The translations under genes were made by a program, and so were the position numbers. From Octopus bimaculoides (Eukaryota), in assembly GCF_001194135.2 (NCBI RefSeq), contig NC_068989.1:19618555-19656391 (forward strand): 37,837 bases of DNA, read 5' to 3'. The notes under the pieces are model-generated. The model did no database searches and was not told the origin of the DNA. It saw only the letters and a list, made by a program, of their open reading frames with translations. This document shows, one piece after another, positions 22,335-34,249 of this stretch (its first letter is position 1; every line of letters starts with the position of its first letter).

Positions 22335-22784
22335 TATATATGTATGTGTGTGTGTATAGGCAGAGTTACGGATTAAGCACACAACTTAACCGGCTTGTAT
22401 ATAGATACACACTTGCACACACACACATGCATATATGTATGTGCATATGTTTATATGTGTGTGTGTATACACACATGCACATAAAAGTGTACACAGCACT
22501 CAATACATTTAGAGTATATATTTGTAGATTAACAGTTAATGTTTCTCATAGTCTTTTACTCAGTTTTATAAGTTTTACAAGCATGTGTCTCATTGTTGAG
22601 ACGGACATCTGAATGATTAAGACAGTTATCCAACCAATTAAATGCACACTTATGTGCATTTCAAAGCACTAAGCCAATGGCTGTGTGAATCCGTTAACTA
22701 ACTTACTAATCGATAAATATACAGGTATCCTGGACTTAATAGTCTTAAGCAGAAAATCTTCAAAGATATTTGACATCCATAGCT

Positions 22785-22934
22785 GTGTAGTTAAAAAGCT
22801 TGCTTGCCAACCATGTGATCTTGGGTTCAGTCTCACTGTGTGGTATCTTGGGCAACTGTTGTCTTCTGCTATAGTCCTGGGCTGACCAAAGCCTTGTAAG
22901 TGGATTTGGTTGATGGAAACTGAAAGAAGCCCAT

Positions 22935-22940
<6 letters not shown>
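22785..22940 (+). mobile_element. SINE family A 5' half ending in (TA)n
   Basis: gctgtgtagttaaaaagcttgcttgccaaccatg..gaaactgaaagaagccc. Confidence 0.8.
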
Positions 22941-22991
<51 letters not shown>

Positions 22992-22999
22992 TGTGTATG

Positions 23000-23230
23000 C
23001 CTTTAAACTGCACTCAGTAGTGGGCTCTGGTTCAGGGTTTTAAGGAGTGTGGAACCATCTCTTAGCCACTACTGTTCCCAGGTCTACTATGACCCGGAGT
23101 AGTAGCACCTGTTAGGGTCCCAGCTAAGGGTTAACTAGCATATGAGTGCTAGGATATAGAAAACCTGGGGTTGGTGTCCGAGGGCACAGAAACCTATTGG
23201 GAGTGAGGGACCCCTGGTTTTTGTTAAGGT
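23000..23230 (+). mobile_element. Unclassified dispersed repeat with a second copy at about 25570-25790
   Basis: Both copies share gagtagtagcacctgttagggtcccagctaagggttaactagcat with scattered mismatches. Confidence 0.6.
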
Positions 23231-25569
23231 ATCTCTGTAGGAGGAGGCTAACTCATATACAGAACTCACTGCTCTACTCAGCTGGGTGTCTGCTATATCT
23301 AAAAGGTAGAGCAACCACATAAAGGCTTCCTCACTGGTTGGTTTATTTTCACATGGGTGCATGATTCCATCTGCATTGTTGTATATTTCATCTGTATCAA
23401 TTAAGTAAAGGTGCATTGCTCTGTTTATCTCTGTCACCACCCGGCACATGGCTGCTTTAGTGAAGTTTATTCTGTTGTAAGCATTTGGACTAGGTCTTCT
23501 GTCTTTCTCCTATAAGTCTTGGAGGCACTGAAAAGGATCATGGACACTGCCCTTCCTCTTATGACTAAACAAATGCTGTGGTGATACAATTGTGATATTA
23601 ATGATGGCATCACAACATAACACATCTAATTCTAGATCTAGGACAAACCTTACTCATAGTGTTCTATATGATGATGACTGCAATCTGTTTCTCCATTATG
23701 TGCCAGTAACTAACTATTTGTATTTTGTTTAGCCCTAGTTCAACCTTAGTCCAGTAGAGTTAAACTCAAAAGCATTTCAGCTGTGATCATCCTGTTATTT
23801 TTGTTTGTTTTTTTCTGAGAGACATTGTGTCTTAGAAGTATTAATCAAAGCACACTATCTAATGCGCTTTTTGATTCTTCAAACAGCAGGGTGTGATGAG
23901 AGGAGGTCAAGACTCCTTGTTGGTTTGATTGGGCCATTTGTAGGCAATTTTCTATTGTTGTTTTCTGTTCTAGCTAAACACTGGAAATACAGCCAGCACC
24001 ACAGAGTGATAGCTTGTCATGTATGTGTCAGCTATCGTTTGTTTAAGAGCTAAAATAAAACATGCAGCTAAGCTGAGAGTCAGTAGCTAAGGAACACTGG
24101 CATCTGCATTTATCTTTGAATTTTCATGTCTAACTGGTGGACAGCTGGATAAGTGAGCAAATGCTTCATTTAAACATGCCAGCAGACACGATTGCAACAA
24201 TGTTATTACTCTAAGAGCTTCCATATACAAGTATCAAGCTGCTGATTGGTCATACTAATGTCAAATCTTTACTAGAGCACCACTACAGCATGGGTTATGA
24301 ATAGATAAACATATAGACACATTTCTGTGTATATTTAGTTATAATGTGTGTTGTGTTGTATTCTAGTAAAGTTTTCACACAAGTATGGGCTTTGTGAAAT
24401 CTTTATTCGAGCACCAGTAAAGCATTGTTAAAGGACTCCATAGGTGTCACTTCATGCTGTAAAATTATGCCCACCAAGGCCTTTTTGGTGGCTTCCAGAA
24501 TGGAGATCAAACCAGCTGGTTTCATTGTTACAGCTCACTCTGAAAATTTCTCTTGCAGACTAATTTTGTTGCAGTTTTCATGTGAAAAAATACGAATTCT
24601 GTGCAATGTGTGTGTGTTTGTATTTACATTAACTTGATAATTCACACCATTGCTATTCTGACTTTCCCACCTATCAGCATTTGTTCAAATGATAAAGTGT
24701 AAACAAAAGGTGAATCATATGCTTTGAATATTTTTCTCTCATTTGTTCATCCAACTGCAAGCATCAACATCTATAAATATGTACCTAACACTTACCTATG
24801 GCCCAAAACAACCTTTTGAATTTCTTTATATATTTACTTGCAAAATTATGTTGTTTATGGATAGCCTTTGACTTTTATAGTCCAAGGGCTTTTCAACTGA
24901 ATATTTACACACTATTTTTTTATTGCTTTATCTGCTTTGGGTTCCACTGTTAAAAAAATGATTTATTTCATGTCTCTCAAAGTTTCTAAATTCATTTGAC
25001 ATAAACAATGTACGTATGTATGATTTTTCTTTGAATTTCCTTTAAATTCTTGAGAGAGTTCAAGGTAGTTGCTAAGAGTGTCCAGTGTTTGTAAATATGT
25101 GGTTGAGTTCATGTGTTGATAGAACTGTCAATGCATACACCCAAGTGTGTGCATCTATTCACATAAGAATCTCAGATGGAGAATATTTTTGGAATGTCTT
25201 ACAAATCATCACTGTACCACTAATAGAGAATCCATGTCAATCTTTTTTGCTTTTTCTTTGTGAAACTGAGTATTTCTAGGTTTTTGTGCAAATTTGTCAG
25301 TACATTACTTAATCATAGGTACAAATGAGAATCCATAGTCAGGGTGTAAAAGCTGTAAGTTACATGTTAATTCACCATGAATGTTCTCTTTTCCCTGGGC
25401 TTTTGATTGTAAATTCACATCTACTGAGTAGCTGACCTCTACAACAGTGCATGACTTTTGTTCCCTGTCCCACAGAACAATATCAGGTCTGTTATGTTTG
25501 CACTGAATTGATGTTTTTATTGGGATGTTCCATCAGTATGTATGAATGTATGTATGTATGTCCTGGCTA

Positions 25570-25790
25570 TGACTTTAAACTGCATCTGGTAGTGGGGCCC
25601 TGGTATAGGAGTTCTAAGATTTTGAGAAGTGTGGAACCACCACTTAGCTACTACTATTTCCATTTTTACTGTGACTTGGAGTAGTAGCATCTGTTAGGGT
25701 TCCAGTTATGGGTTAATTAGCATGTGAACCACTGGGAATAAAGGATCCCTAGTTCTTGTTAGAACTTCCTTCTTGGAGAAAGTAAATTTG
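25570..25790 (+). mobile_element. Second copy of the 23000-23230 repeat
   Basis: ctttaaactgca..gtgtggaacca..ggagtagtagcatctgttagggttcc. Confidence 0.6.
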
Positions 25791-25860
25791 TATAAAAATC
25801 CTGAAGTGCACTTGGTTTCTGGTTGTCTCAGCCTCTGTTTTGTCGTTGGTCATTGTATTG

Positions 25861-25989
25861 AATAAAATCAAAGACGAAAATGACAGAAGCATTTGCATAT
25901 AAGTAGCCTATTTCACACCATTCTCTGGCAGAGCTCTAAATAATCTCTCAGAGAACTCTAGAGTTCTGGGGTATCTCAGTAGGGAAATG
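25861..25989 (+). repeat. 129-bp direct repeat, copy 1
   Basis: Identical to 27325-27453 except for one substitution (cacacca vs catacca). Confidence 0.95.
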
Positions 25990-26132
25990 CTGATTGTATT
26001 GAAAAATGGGTTCAATACTGTGCAACACTTCAAAATAAATTCATGTACAGGACTTCTTGGACTCTTGGAACATTTGCATGGACTTACTAAGTTTAGGAAG
26101 TAGTCTTGGTCACAAGCTGTCTTCACAATATA

Positions 26133-26195
<63 letters not shown>

Positions 26196-26723
26196 ATATG
26201 TGTATGTAGATGAAGTATGGATGAATGGTTAAAAAAAAGTTTGCTTCTCTGTCACAAGGTCCAGGGTTGAATCTCAGTGCAAGGTATGTTGGGTTTGTGT
26301 CTTTTCTGCAGCCTTGGCTTGCAAGTGAATGTGATTAACAGACTCCAAAGAGTCTACACCAGCAAGACTTGTATTATTTAGTAAAATCAATAAAACTTGC
26401 AAGTGAAACTGAGTAGACAGAAACTGTGTGGACGCCCAGCAGATGGATTGTACCAGTTCAGCTTTGTTTCACTGGTTTACCATCAGTCTGCCTGAGAATT
26501 ACTTTAAGGGTACTTACAATGTCTTCCAACTTTTCAACTCTTTAGGAACATTTGAAATGCAGTCTACTACTGAGGGAATCCCGATATAAAACTTAATTTA
26601 TTTTTATTTCTCTTCCATAAGGTTAAATATCATAAGAGATTAAAGAAATAATAAAACTCTTTTTGAAATATTTACCTGTGCTAAATCCATCAGACACCAC
26701 AAAGAAGGTCAAAAAATTTCAGC

Positions 26724-27246
26724 TTAACCAAGACCTTTTTGTTATTATAGTTCTGATGAAATATACTGCTTTTATTTCAATTAATTATGGAAATAATGCT
26801 GTAACAGGATGGCAAAAAGTAAGGACGCTTTTACCTTGAGATGAAATCTGAATGGAGTATCCAGGTTTGCTTCACAAGAATCAGCAGAACTCTTTGGTTA
26901 TACCTACATGTGTACAGTACCCCAATTTCTGGTCAGAAACTACTCTCCCTAGGAGATCCATTCCACATGTCTGTTCCCCTTCATGTCCTGGTGAAGAAAG
27001 AGGCTGTTCAAATGCCCTGCTTTTTGATGTGATATCACTTCCCCTTGCTTCTGGGTCCTGGTGACACTCTTCCTCTCTTGCTTCTGATTCTGATGTCTCC
27101 CTTCCTCCACAAAGGCAACATTTAGTAAAATAACTGTAACCATTAAGCTGGTATTTGGAATATAGATTAAGCCAAAACTTTAAAACGGAAAGTTTGTGTC
27201 TTAAAACCAAAAGTGGTCTCAGGCAGCTTGATATCAAAAGGGTTGA
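26724..27246. mobile_element. piggyBac-like (TTAA) MITE interrupted by a 321-bp insert
   Basis: Starts ttaacc..ctttttgtta and ends tatcaaaagggttga (decayed TTAACCCTTT-type TIRs). The body resembles an octopus MITE as I recall it. The insert is at 26800-27120. Confidence 0.5.
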
Positions 27247-27324
27247 GATAATTTTCCTAGAAAGAATGTTGCATTACATACTGATGCACAGATAGATTAT
27301 ATGATGAAATATTATAGAATTCTA

Positions 27325-27453
27325 AATAAAATCAAAGACGAAAATGACAGAAGCATTTGCATATAAGTAGCCTATTTCATACCATTCTCTGGCAGAGCTC
27401 TAAATAATCTCTCAGAGAACTCTAGAGTTCTGGGGTATCTCAGTAGGGAAATG
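27325..27453 (+). repeat. 129-bp direct repeat, copy 2
   Basis: Offset 1464 bp from copy 1. Confidence 0.95.
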
Positions 27454-27629
27454 TTGAGTATATGTCTCTGTGGAACAATAAATCACATGCTAATTCAATG
27501 AGCTTTGTAGTTCAGTTAATCAAACAGAAATTTTGACCAACATCTATTTATGCATATATATTATAAACTTAGATATGTTGGCCAAAAATTGACTCAGACC
27601 TTGTCTCACTTCATAACACTACTTGATAT

Positions 27630-27730
27630 NNNNNNNNNNNNNNNNNNNNNNNNNNNNNNNNNNNNNNNNNNNNNNNNNNNNNNNNNNNNNNNNNNNNNNN
27701 NNNNNNNNNNNNNNNNNNNNNNNNNNNNNN

Positions 27731-27796
<66 letters not shown>
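27630..27796. other. Assembly gap followed by (TG)n
   Basis: About 101 N, then a perfect TG run. Confidence 0.98.
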
Positions 27797-27798
<2 letters not shown>

Positions 27799-28399
27799 TC
27801 CTTACTCAAATCATACTTTATATCTTTCATTAAATCTATTATTATTTTTATCATCACAGATGGTCAATTGAAAGTGTACCATTTAACCAATAGCTACCTA
27901 TATTCAAATTTTCCTATGATTATAAAATGATTTAATTTGTATTAGTATTTTTGGAAGCAATAAATGCATTTTGCAATTGAGGTGGCTTAATTAGTGCTAA
28001 TTATGTGCCATCTGTGCAAATAATCATATCTGGATTTGAAATTAAAAGGGAGAAATATTTAAAGAATGTAAGCCTTTGTTGACAGCATAGAAAGTTTGTT
28101 ACTGTATGTAAAGAAGCAGTGACAAGAGCAGGCCCTTAATGAAGGCAGCAGTCTGTTGCTTAATATTAATACAAAGAAAATAAATATAAACTTAGAAGTA
28201 TTCATGCGTGAATAAAAAGAACTATAACCACTTTGGTATGTTTGCCTAATTGAGAAATTTTTGATGACCTCCTGATTGGATTGAAGTGCTACAAGTAGCT
28301 GGTGAGCAAATATGGCATGGCAACATGTATCACCCTTTTGTTAATTGTTATAAGTGCCTGTGTACAGTCACAAGGAGACATAGACACTTGAACCCTTCA

Positions 28400-28633
28400 C
28401 ACTCTTGACCCAGTGGTACATCTTGGATGTGACAGCTGGCAGGAGAGAGTGTGAGGGATGGCTGCACTAGCACCTAGTTGGTACTTATGGCTGAATAGAG
28501 AAAAGGACGGTGGAAAGGAATGCGGAAAGAAGTGCCTTGCTCAAAGACAATGTGCTGACTAGTCCAGGAATTGAACTTACCACCTTGTGATGGAATTGAA
28601 CCAAGTATCCTAATCACTAGACCATGCACCTTC
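28400..28633 (-). mobile_element. Old tRNA-derived SINE related to 33817-34040 and 37175-37470
   Basis: Minus strand gaaggtgcaTGGTCTAGTGAttagg..aagttcaattcc..ctttgagcaaggcactt. Confidence 0.6.
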
Positions 28634-30099
28634 ACAGCAAAGTGTAGATGAGACAGAATCAGACAAAAGTAGATGTAAAACATGTAAGATAGCAGTTGAG
28701 TAATCTTAGTTGATCCAAGTTTAACTCACTATATTACATATCTGAGATCCTACCATATTTATTATTTTTTTTTGTATGCAGAACATTCTGAAGTGTTTCC
28801 CTCATATGGTTGCTGTTTAATCATAATTAATGTCACTACACCCACTATATTTATTTTGTGTGTTGATCACTCTAGGAAGTGCATCAAGCTATAGAAACCA
28901 TGCCAAAGCAGACATTAGATCTCGACATAGTCCTCCAAGTTGTTAGATCCAATTGGACTGTCCAACCCATAGCAGCATATAAGACAGGTTTTAAATGATG
29001 ATGATGAAGTCTTGCCAACTGAATAGGATAGACTTTGCTAAGGAGACTTAATAAGACCGAAACATATCTGTTACTTTTGCCACTTGACTTTAAAGATCAG
29101 ATCCTCCAATCTACATTGACTATATTGTCCCAATATTTTAATCAACAGACCTTACTGCAGTTATCTCCCTTGTTTTTAGATTTTAAATGTCTTTAGAGGG
29201 AGTTTACTAATTTCCTGAGTTTATCAAAGCTTTCTTTTAACATGCTGCAATTATACTTGTGAAATCCTTCTGTATTTCTATTTAGTATGCAGGATGTTCC
29301 TTCAAGATATTTTCTGTCAACCATATTATTGATGTTCCTAATTTCATGAATGGAATGATGGAAGTCAGCTAGAGAGAAATTATTTTGCATCTCCGTTGAA
29401 ACCATATCTAGAACTTCAGTTGATAACAGCAATTTATAGGAATAATGTTAAATGGTGCTTACTATGTGAATGTACTGTTTGATAAAGAATATGAATATAT
29501 ATATATATATCAATTGTCTGCACACAAAATTGTCTGATAAACAACCTTTCATATGAGAATTTTGCTACGTTGATAACAGGTACAATATTTTTACCAAATA
29601 TTTGGTAGAGATCTAAATATACAAATAGATATATATATATATATATGTTAGTTTTTGTGTTTGATCTTTTCTGACAAAACATGAGAGTTACTGGAATAAA
29701 GCTAATAGCCATTGCTTTTAAGTATTCTAAATATTTACTTTGCTTCCAATCTAATCTTCAGTTTTATGTTGTGCTCATATATTCACTTTTCAAAGTAGGC
29801 AAGCATGAAGAAATTGGCATTGTGGTGGTGGTGGTGGTGGTGGTGGTGATGGTGCGGCAATAGTGCAACAGTAGCAGTGGAAGAGAATGATTTGATTTGA
29901 AATAAACCAAAATATGAAAGGTAGCAAAGATGAACCCAGCAGGATTTGATCTCAGAACAGTGCAGTCCTGCTTTACATATAAATGTCTTGTTTGGTCTGA
30001 TATTCCACTATTGCAGCCATCTTATATATCATTAGAGCACACACACACATTCATAGAGACATAGTCGCAAAGAGAAAGAAGGTAGATGTCATGCACAGC

Positions 30100-30660
30100 A
30101 GGTCCATTAGGGCAATAAGCACGATGAATATTTGGCATATTGATTCTCCTAAAAGCGAGGATGAATCCTTAGATGTTGCTGATAGCTTTTGTTACTTAGG
30201 TGATCTTATACCAGTGGGCTGGGTGAGCCGTAAGTGTGGTAACCAGAATAAAAATGAGATGGAGAAAAGTTTAAAAGAACTATTAATTCTGTTGGCAACA
30301 GAGGGCTCTTCCTTCAAAGTGAAGGCCAGATTGTATAATGTTGGTGTGCAAAGTGCATTGTTGCATGTCAGTATGACACTGATCTTGAATGTGGAGGCAA
30401 GCATGCATTACTGGATATGCCATGTTAGTGTGCATGGACAATGAAGTGTAAATGAACTGAGAGAGACGTAGGTATAAAAGGTAGTATGTAAGACAGGAGA
30501 CTGCACTAGTGTGGTTACAATGATGTGAATGGAGGATGATGGCTGCATAAGTAAGTGCTGAGCACTTAGAATGAATGAATTCTGAGGGAAGACCTGGGAT
30601 GAGGTGGTAAAATATGACCTCAAGATACTACAATTGATGAAGGAGACAACAGAGGACCAT
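30100..30660 (+). mobile_element. Decayed RTE-clade LINE 3' coding fragment
   Basis: SLDVADSFCYLGD..ELLILLATEGSSFKVKARLYNVGVQSALLH resembles RTE LExVDxFCYLGD..KGRLY..V.S.MLH. Confidence 0.8.
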
Positions 30661-30859
30661 ACAACCTCCTGACAATAATCTGTCCTTTTCCCTTCCCCTT
30701 TCCATTTTACTTTATCTCTTCCATTATTCCTCCTTGATACTGTCTCCTTTGTTACTTTCTGCACTACTACCTTCTCATAATAAATCTGTTCCTCTTGATA
30801 TACTTTAACTTCTCAACTAAAGTCTCTTCTATTATTTCAATGGTGGGGGCTTATTAGCT

Positions 30860-31550
30860 TTGCTAGTTACAAGGTGACCACACTAGTGCTGGTGCTTCAG
30901 AAAAATGCACCTGATACGCTCTGTAGAGGGGTTTAGAAAATTGAGGCAGAAATAATGCAGGGTTAAGAGGACTGTCTAGTCTTACCAAGGGTAAGACAAC
31001 TTCTATAGTTCTGATACCATGAAAAAGATGCACCCAGTACACTCTGTAAAGTGGCTGGTTTAGAAAGGGCATCTAGCCATGGAAACCATACCATGAAGAG
31101 GACATTGGTGGAAGACATGATCTGCTGATCTGTTGGATCCTGTCAAACCATCCAGCCCATGCCAGCATAGTAAATGTGTATAAAATGATGATAATGATAT
31201 TATTGTGCAAATATATCCATACATACAAAGGCTCTGACCTAGTGGTTAGGGTATTGCATGCCGTGTATTTTGTGCTGCTCACCACATGTTACATAAATCT
31301 CTCTCCTCAGCCAATGAACCAAACTGCATCTCATTGTGTACTATACTCCCTCTCTCTCACTGCTCCTCAACACTGCTACGTCATATCGCTGTACACTCTG
31401 TAAAGTGGTTGGTGTTAGGAAGGGCATCCAGCCATAGAAACCATGCCAAAGCAGACAGAAAAGCTTAGTGCAGTCCTCTAGCTACCTAGCTCCTGTCAAA
31501 CCATCTAACCCATGCCAGCATGGAAAATGGACGTTAAGAGATGATGATGA
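30860..31550 (+). mobile_element. Two copies of an RTE-like 3' tail repeat ending in (GAT)n
   Basis: cactctgtaaagtggttgg..agggcatccagcc..gtcaaaccatc..catgccagcat at about 31030-31200 and 31395-31550. Confidence 0.7.
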
Positions 31551-31608
31551 TTCACATATATACGCACATATGTTGGCACGCTCGTGTGCATGCGTGTGTG
31601 TGTGAGTG

Positions 31609-31649
<41 letters not shown>

Positions 31650-32279
31650 ACACACACACACACACAGTTAAGTAATGTTGATTGACAGAGGTTTAAGATA
31701 AAGACGTGAACAGGTAAAACTGTTTTTAGACAGAAAACTAAGTTAATAAGAAATAGATAGAAAGATAGATAGATAAAAGAAGAGAGGGAGGGAGAGAATA
31801 AAAGAAGGTAAATACTTTTAGCTTTTAAGCTGTCTTCCAGAACATTCTTGAAAGCAGGTAGGGAGGGTAAATGGAAAAAGAATATTATTCACTATTTAAA
31901 GCTAATTGAAGGAATTTCTCGTCATAATTAAAAACAAACAAAAGCACAGCAGAGGGAAGGAATAGGAAAGAAATTAAAATAAATCTCAAAGAAAACAAAG
32001 CATTTCTAATAACACCTAGAAAACCAACAACAAAAGAAAGCTCACACAATAGCAGTTTTGACTGACAGAGGAGATGTTATTTATAGCTGTCCAGCTTAAA
32101 ATAAGAAATTAAAAAAACATGTGCGCACACGCACACATACACACACCTATATTTGTATATGCAAACAAGAAGGTAAGTATTCAATACAAAAGTAGAGTGT
32201 AATTATTTACTAATTAATCCCAGTTACTGTTCTGAGTAAAACGAGTGTCATCTCTGATCATGTAACATACACATTCTCA

Positions 32280-33060
32280 CAGGCATAGCTGTGTGGTAAG
32301 AAGCTTGCTTCCCAACCACATGATTTCAGTTCCACCACTGCATAGCACCTTCGGCAAGTATCTTCTACTATTGCCTTGGGTCAACTATAATCTTGTGAGT
32401 GAACCTGGTAGACAGAAACTGAAAGAAGTCTGTCGTATTCATCGTTGTCATCATCATCATCACCATCACACAACGTTCATTTTCCATGCTGACATGGGCT
32501 GGATGGTTTGACCAGAGCTGATAAGGCCAGGGACCACACCAGGCTCCATTGTCTGTTCTGGCATGGTTTCTATGGTTGGATGCCCTTCATAATGCCAACC
32601 ACTCCACAGAATGTACTGGGTACTTTTTAGTGTGGCACCAGCACCATTGCTTTTAACATGGCACCAGCATGAGTGCTTTTGAAGTGGTGCCAACACCAGT
32701 ATCAATTTTGCTATGGCAGATGAGTCTTCTTCAGTACAGCAATGCACCAAATATCTTGGTACTTTGTCATCTCATTTGTAAGGTGCAGTGGCTTGAGATT
32801 ACCCATCAATATTTCATCCCATGTCTTCACGTATATGTCTATGTGTGTGTGTGCACATTTATCCCCCACCACTGCTTGGCAACTGGTGTTGTTTTGTTTA
32901 CATCCCTGTTACTCAGTGGTTCGGTAAAAGAGTCTGATAAAGTAAGTACTGGGCTTAAAATATTAAATACTGGTGTTGATTTGTTTGACTAAACCCTTTA
33001 AGTTGGTGCCCTAGCGTAGCTGTAGTCTAATAACTGAAGCGAGAAGAAAAGAGATAAAAA
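32280..33060 (+). mobile_element. SINE family A copy split by an antisense RTE-like tail (about 32438-32760)
   Basis: The 5' half ends at about 32437 and the 3' half resumes at about 32830. The insert is the reverse complement of the 31395-31550 repeat plus upstream sequence. Confidence 0.7.
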
Positions 33061-33089
33061 GATACATGTATAAAACGCTCAAGCATACC

Positions 33090-33240
33090 TATATGGTTAA
33101 GAAGTTTGCTTTCTAACCATGTGGTTTCAAGTTCAGTCTCACCGCACAGCACCTTAAGCAAGTGTCTTATACTAAAGCGTTAGGTCAACCAAAGCCTTGT
33201 GAGTGTATTTGGTACACTGAAACTGAAAGAAACATGTGTA

Positions 33241-33306
<66 letters not shown>

Positions 33307-33400
33307 TGTATGTATGTGTGTGTGTATGTGCATGTGTATGTATTTGTGTTTGTATCTCCTTTCTTAACATTCCATGACAGTTGTAAATGAGCATCACCAT
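33090..33400 (+). mobile_element. SINE family A 5' half plus microsatellite
   Basis: tggttaagaagtttgctttctaaccatgtggtttcaagttcagtc..gaaactgaaagaaac. Confidence 0.78.
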
Positions 33401-33447
33401 AATATATATCTGGAAGATTGTCGAAATACTTGTCCCAAACTTTGATA

Positions 33448-33482
<35 letters not shown>

Positions 33483-33816
33483 AGATACTCTGATCTTATG
33501 TAGATCTATATGTTATGAAACTAAATCCGTCTGAGTTTGTTCTGGTGTAAGAAATAATTATACCATTTTATGTGACAAACTACTGCAAGAAATAATTATT
33601 TAATTGACCTTTTGTATAATTAGTTGACCTTGTGTATAACCAGATGTATCCGTCAATATATATTAGCCTTAATGACATCAGGAGATGGAAAGAAGAATGA
33701 AAGTTTGTTGTGTTCATGTTAGACTAAGTGAAGCAGCTGCTGCTATGAACTGAGCTGGGGTTTACTGATTTGGTTCTCTTGAGTTTATCATTTATGCATG
33801 CTACAGTGGTTAATGT

Positions 33817-34040
33817 GGAGGTGCATGACTTAGTGGTTAGGGTGTTGGTCTCATGATTGTAAGATTGTGGTTTCGATTCCTGAACCAGGTGATGCCCTGT
33901 ATTCTTGAGTAAAACACTTGATTTCACGTTGCCCCAATTCATTCAGCTGATAAAAATGAGTAATCCTGCAATGGACTGACATCCCATCCAGGAGGAATAT
34001 ATATGCCAGAGAAACTGGGAAATCAACCCTGTGCTCCTTA
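33817..34040 (+). mobile_element. tRNA-derived SINE with Meta-domain-like body
   Basis: ggaggtgcaTGACTTAGTGGttagg..GGTTTCGATTCC..ttgagtaaaacactt..cctgcaatggactgacatcccatccagg. Confidence 0.7.
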
Positions 34041-34249
34041 CAGAGTAATGAGGACTAGCCACAGTGGTTAATACTTCTAATTACAGAAAAAATCAAATGA
34101 AATTAAAGAAAATGTTACAAAAATCCATTAGGAAATATTTGTCATGGAGAATGTGTTTATTATTCATTATCATCAGAATTAATTGACATTTGATAATAAA
34201 AATTTTGGCATTTTTCAAACTGGCTTTCATCCATTAGATTCTATGAAGT

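Noticed and set aside
23000-23230. HDV-like ribozyme in the 23000/25570 repeat
   Set aside because: I could not build the nested double pseudoknot by eye. A descriptor or covariance-model search would be needed.
24796-24950. Minus-strand exon with a consensus AG|GTAAGT donor at 24796
   Set aside because: All three frames from the nearest good acceptor hit stops within about 12 codons.
25952-25967. Heat-shock element within AGAACTCTAGAGTTCT
   Set aside because: The GAA and TTC spacing does not fit alternating nGAAn pentamers.
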